Part shown: positions 61,663-64,000 of the stretch, in pieces | Layout of the letters: each line of letters opens with the position of its first letter | Numbering within the stretch: the stretch's first letter is position 1 | NCBI GenBank assembly: GCA_016875335.1 | Contig: VGRO01000005.1 | Span: forward strand, 11,295-75,294 | Direction of reading: 5' to 3' | DNA from: Deltaproteobacteria bacterium | GTDB taxonomy: Bacteria > Myxococcota_A > UBA9042 | Length of the DNA stretch: 64,000 nt | Program-made: the position numbers and the translations under genes | Notes under the pieces: generated by a model | What the model was told of the DNA's origin: nothing | Seen by the model: the letters and a program-made list of their open reading frames with translations, nothing else | The model's database searches: none

Positions 61663-62334
61663 ATGAAGCTGAGCATCAAGATTTGCACCCTGCTCGCGCT
61701 CGCCGCCATCGGTTCCACGGCGATCGCGTGCGGCACCAGCGGCGGGTCCACCGGCGGCGGCGGCAACACCGCCACCGACACCGCGACTGGCACGGGCGAC
61801 GGTAGCGCAGGCGACGCAAAGGACACCGCGGGCGACGCTACGGCGACCGCGGGCGACGCAAAGGGCACCGCGGGCGACGCCACGGCCACCGCGGACGGCG
61901 CGGCTACCGGAGACGGAGCGGCCACCGGTGACGGCGCGGCTACTGGAGACGCCACAAAGCCGGCGGGCAAGGGCTGCACCTCGACCGCCGACCAAGCCTG
62001 GACCAAGAAGCTGAGCGAAGACGCCGAGTACCAGAAGAAGTTCTACGGCGACATCACGCCGTGCGCGCTGGCGGAACTGGGCAACAACGACGAAGCTTCG
62101 GCCGTCGGCAAGATCGCCAAGTGCCTGGTCGAGGGCAAGGGCCACGCCGCCTCGCTCGACTGCGCCGGGTGCTTCGGCCTGCGCGCGTACTGCACGCTGC
62201 AGAACTGCGTCAAGAACCAGGAAGAGGCCAAGACCGCGCAGTGCACGACCAACGCGGCGGGCGAGCCCTGCCAGGCCTGCCAGAAGAAGTACAAGTGCGA
62301 CGTCAAGCAGGCGGATTGCGCCGCCGGCAAGTAG
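61663..62334 (+). CDS. Lipoprotein with G/T/A/D low-complexity linker and Cys-rich C-terminal domain
   Basis: GAGGAA lies upstream of ATG 61663. MKLSIKICTLLALAAIGSTAIACG carries a lipobox. It is followed by a repetitive TAGDA(K/T) linker and a C-terminal 120-aa domain with 10 Cys. Confidence 0.55.
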   Translation: MKLSIKICTLLALAAIGSTAIACGTSGGSTGGGGNTATDTATGTGDGSAGDAKDTAGDATATAGDAKGTAGDATATADGAATGDGAATGDGAATGDATKPAGKGCTSTADQAWTKKLSEDAEYQKKFYGDITPCALAELGNNDEASAVGKIAKCLVEGKGHAASLDCAGCFGLRAYCTLQNCVKNQEEAKTAQCTTNAAGEPCQACQKKYKCDVKQADCAAGK

Positions 62335-62482
62335 TCCGCAGCCAAGTGGAATCCGGCGCGGCCGGCGGTCCTCCTTCAGGGGCCGCCGGTCGCGGCGTTT
62401 TTGGGTCATTGGCCGCGGCGCGGGGCTGTGGCATCATCGCCGCCCGCCGGGGTCCACCTGCCGCACTACGGAGTACGCATCC

Positions 62483-63886
62483 ATGAAAGCCGCGAAAAAA
62501 GTCCTGTCGTCGTGCCTACTGGCCACGCTCTTCCCTGGGGCAGCGCAGGCTGCGGGGTACGACACGCCTGTGCTGTATTCCGCGCGCCACATGGGCATGG
62601 GCGGTACGGCCATCGGCTACGTCAACGACCCGAGCGCGATCTTTCACAACCCTGCGGGTCTCGGTGCAATCCGCGGCGGCGCGGTGCTCGGCAACTTCTC
62701 GCCGATCCTCGCGTCCATCAAGGGCAGCCCGTCGGACCACCAGGTCACCGACACCGCCGGCAACAAGTCCAAGCCAGGCACCAGCGTGTGGTCGGAGCGG
62801 GCGTTCTCTCCAGCGTTCCTGGTGGGCGCCGCCTACAACGTCCTCGATCGGATCACGTTTGGCGCGGCGGTCTACCCAGTCGCCAGCGCTGGCGGCCGCT
62901 ACGTCTATACCGCGAACAAGGGCAAGGAGGTCGTCGAAGTCACTGATTTTACGCGGCTGGTCTTCATGGAATACGCGCCATCGCTTGCCGTCGAAGTCGT
63001 CAAGGGGCTCCGGGTGGGCGCGGCGTTTCGCTATCTTTCCGCGCAGTTTCAGCGCAAGCGCAGCAATCCGGACGACAAGGGCGTGCCGTCGAACGTGGAC
63101 CTGGACATGAAGGGCACCAACACCGAAGGGTTCCGGCTGGGCCTGCAGTACGAGTTCGGCGACCTGAGCGTGGGCGCCGTGTACCGCAACCGCACGGATA
63201 CGCCGGTGACCGCAGCGACCGGCATGCTGGAAAACACCAAGGGCAAGGACATCACCTATGCTTTCGTCATCCCGGCGAAATTCGGATTCGGGGCGCAATA
63301 CAAGGGTATCGACAAGTTGCGGCTCGCGCTCGACGTCGAATACACGCAGCAGAGCGACAATGTGGAGACGACGCTAAAGGGTACCGGCCTTTTCGACACC
63401 GGCGATCCGGCCAAGCCGCTTGAAGTGCCGGTGGAGGTCAAGAACATCTCCAAGTGGCAGGACAACTTCACGGTGCGCGTGGGCGGGGGCTACACGCTCG
63501 GGTCACTGGAGGCGCGCCTGGGGTACCTATTCGACGGCCAAGCCTCGCAGGCCAGGTTTGTGTCGGCCTTTGGCACGCCGCCCACCTCGACCCACGCGAT
63601 CACAGCCGGCGCGGGCTACAAGGTCTCGGACACCCTCGACGTCAGCCTGGCCGCCGCCTACCGCACTGGCAGCACTTCGGTCACCGAGGCCGACGTCAAG
63701 GGCAACGGCTGCGCCTTTTGCGGCAAGGCCGGCGACTACGAACTGCAGGTGTTTGGCGGCTACCTCGACGTGTGCTGGCGATTCGGCCAGACCGCCAAGC
63801 CGGCGCCCGAGCCCGCCCCGGCGGCCGCCCCTGAACCGGCGCCGGCGGTCGAACCCGCGGCTGCCGCCAGCCCATCCACACCTTGA
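62483..63886 (+). CDS. fadL: FadL/OmpP1/TodX-family outer-membrane hydrophobic-compound transporter
   Basis: Signal peptide MKAAKKVLSSCLLATLFPGAAQA. N-terminal hatch motif AGYDTPVLYSARHMGMGGTAIGYVNDPSAIFHNPAGL (with the NPA motif), followed by a long β-barrel-like body. Confidence 0.75.
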   Translation: MKAAKKVLSSCLLATLFPGAAQAAGYDTPVLYSARHMGMGGTAIGYVNDPSAIFHNPAGLGAIRGGAVLGNFSPILASIKGSPSDHQVTDTAGNKSKPGTSVWSERAFSPAFLVGAAYNVLDRITFGAAVYPVASAGGRYVYTANKGKEVVEVTDFTRLVFMEYAPSLAVEVVKGLRVGAAFRYLSAQFQRKRSNPDDKGVPSNVDLDMKGTNTEGFRLGLQYEFGDLSVGAVYRNRTDTPVTAATGMLENTKGKDITYAFVIPAKFGFGAQYKGIDKLRLALDVEYTQQSDNVETTLKGTGLFDTGDPAKPLEVPVEVKNISKWQDNFTVRVGGGYTLGSLEARLGYLFDGQASQARFVSAFGTPPTSTHAITAGAGYKVSDTLDVSLAAAYRTGSTSVTEADVKGNGCAFCGKAGDYELQVFGGYLDVCWRFGQTAKPAPEPAPAAAPEPAPAVEPAAAASPSTP

Positions 63887-64000
63887 CAGCCACTGCGCGC
63901 TAGCAGATACTTCCGCCCCCGCCGCGAACGGCGACCCTGCGCGGGTCGGTGGTGTTCGCGGCGCGCGTCAGCGGCGTATCCTCCGTCGCCATCGCTTGCC

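Overview
This is a ~70% GC window whose gene content (many lipobox lipoproteins, CDDGN-type myxococcal cysteine-rich repeats, giant RCC1/β-propeller surface proteins) points to a myxobacterial (Myxococcota) chromosome. No rRNA, tRNA, CRISPR, transposase or integrase was recognised.

Layout:
- 0.4-15.3 kb: a secreted TPR-like protein, a small Cys-rich lipoprotein, and two giant convergent lipoproteins (about 1.9 and 2.7 thousand aa) built from Cys-rich modules plus β-propeller / RCC1 repeats.
- 15.5-17.4 kb: a bicupin and a DUF4336-like protein.
- 18.0-28.5 kb: a minus-strand operon of two very large sacsin/Hsp90-like GHKL (HATPase) proteins followed by a tightly coupled SNF2-family helicase. 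I regard this as the best candidate for an undescribed defence or epigenetic system. A decayed AAA-ATPase/PD-(D/E)XK paralog lies next to it.
- 29.8-39.6 kb: an envelope cluster with two OMP β-barrels, an LRR-like lipoprotein, PlsX-like and App1/DUF2183-like lipid enzymes, and a 1258-aa Cys-rich lipoprotein ending in two somatomedin-B-like domains.
- 39.6-42.9 kb: a Trp-rich hypothetical protein and an AAA+ ATPase.
- 43.2-54.2 kb: a defence-island-like stretch with an intact AAA-ATPase/PD-(D/E)XK protein, a NACHT STAND NTPase, a Septu-like PtuA (ATPase) / PtuB (HNH) pair with an ATGA start/stop overlap, and a P-loop NTPase + TPR protein pair with a GTGA overlap.
- 54.3-63.9 kb: a HEAT + polytopic membrane protein, a lipoprotein / PagL-like OMP / lipoprotein operon, a coiled-coil protein, a GT4 glycosyltransferase, a Cys-rich lipoprotein and a FadL-family transporter.

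Several loci show frame anomalies (no in-frame stop at the end of the 1956..7766 gene, a frameshift in an OMP gene, an abrupt junction between the two GHKL ORFs). Several intergenic regions carry nested palindromes or direct repeats. Most long antisense ORFs in the supplied track are high-GC artefacts.
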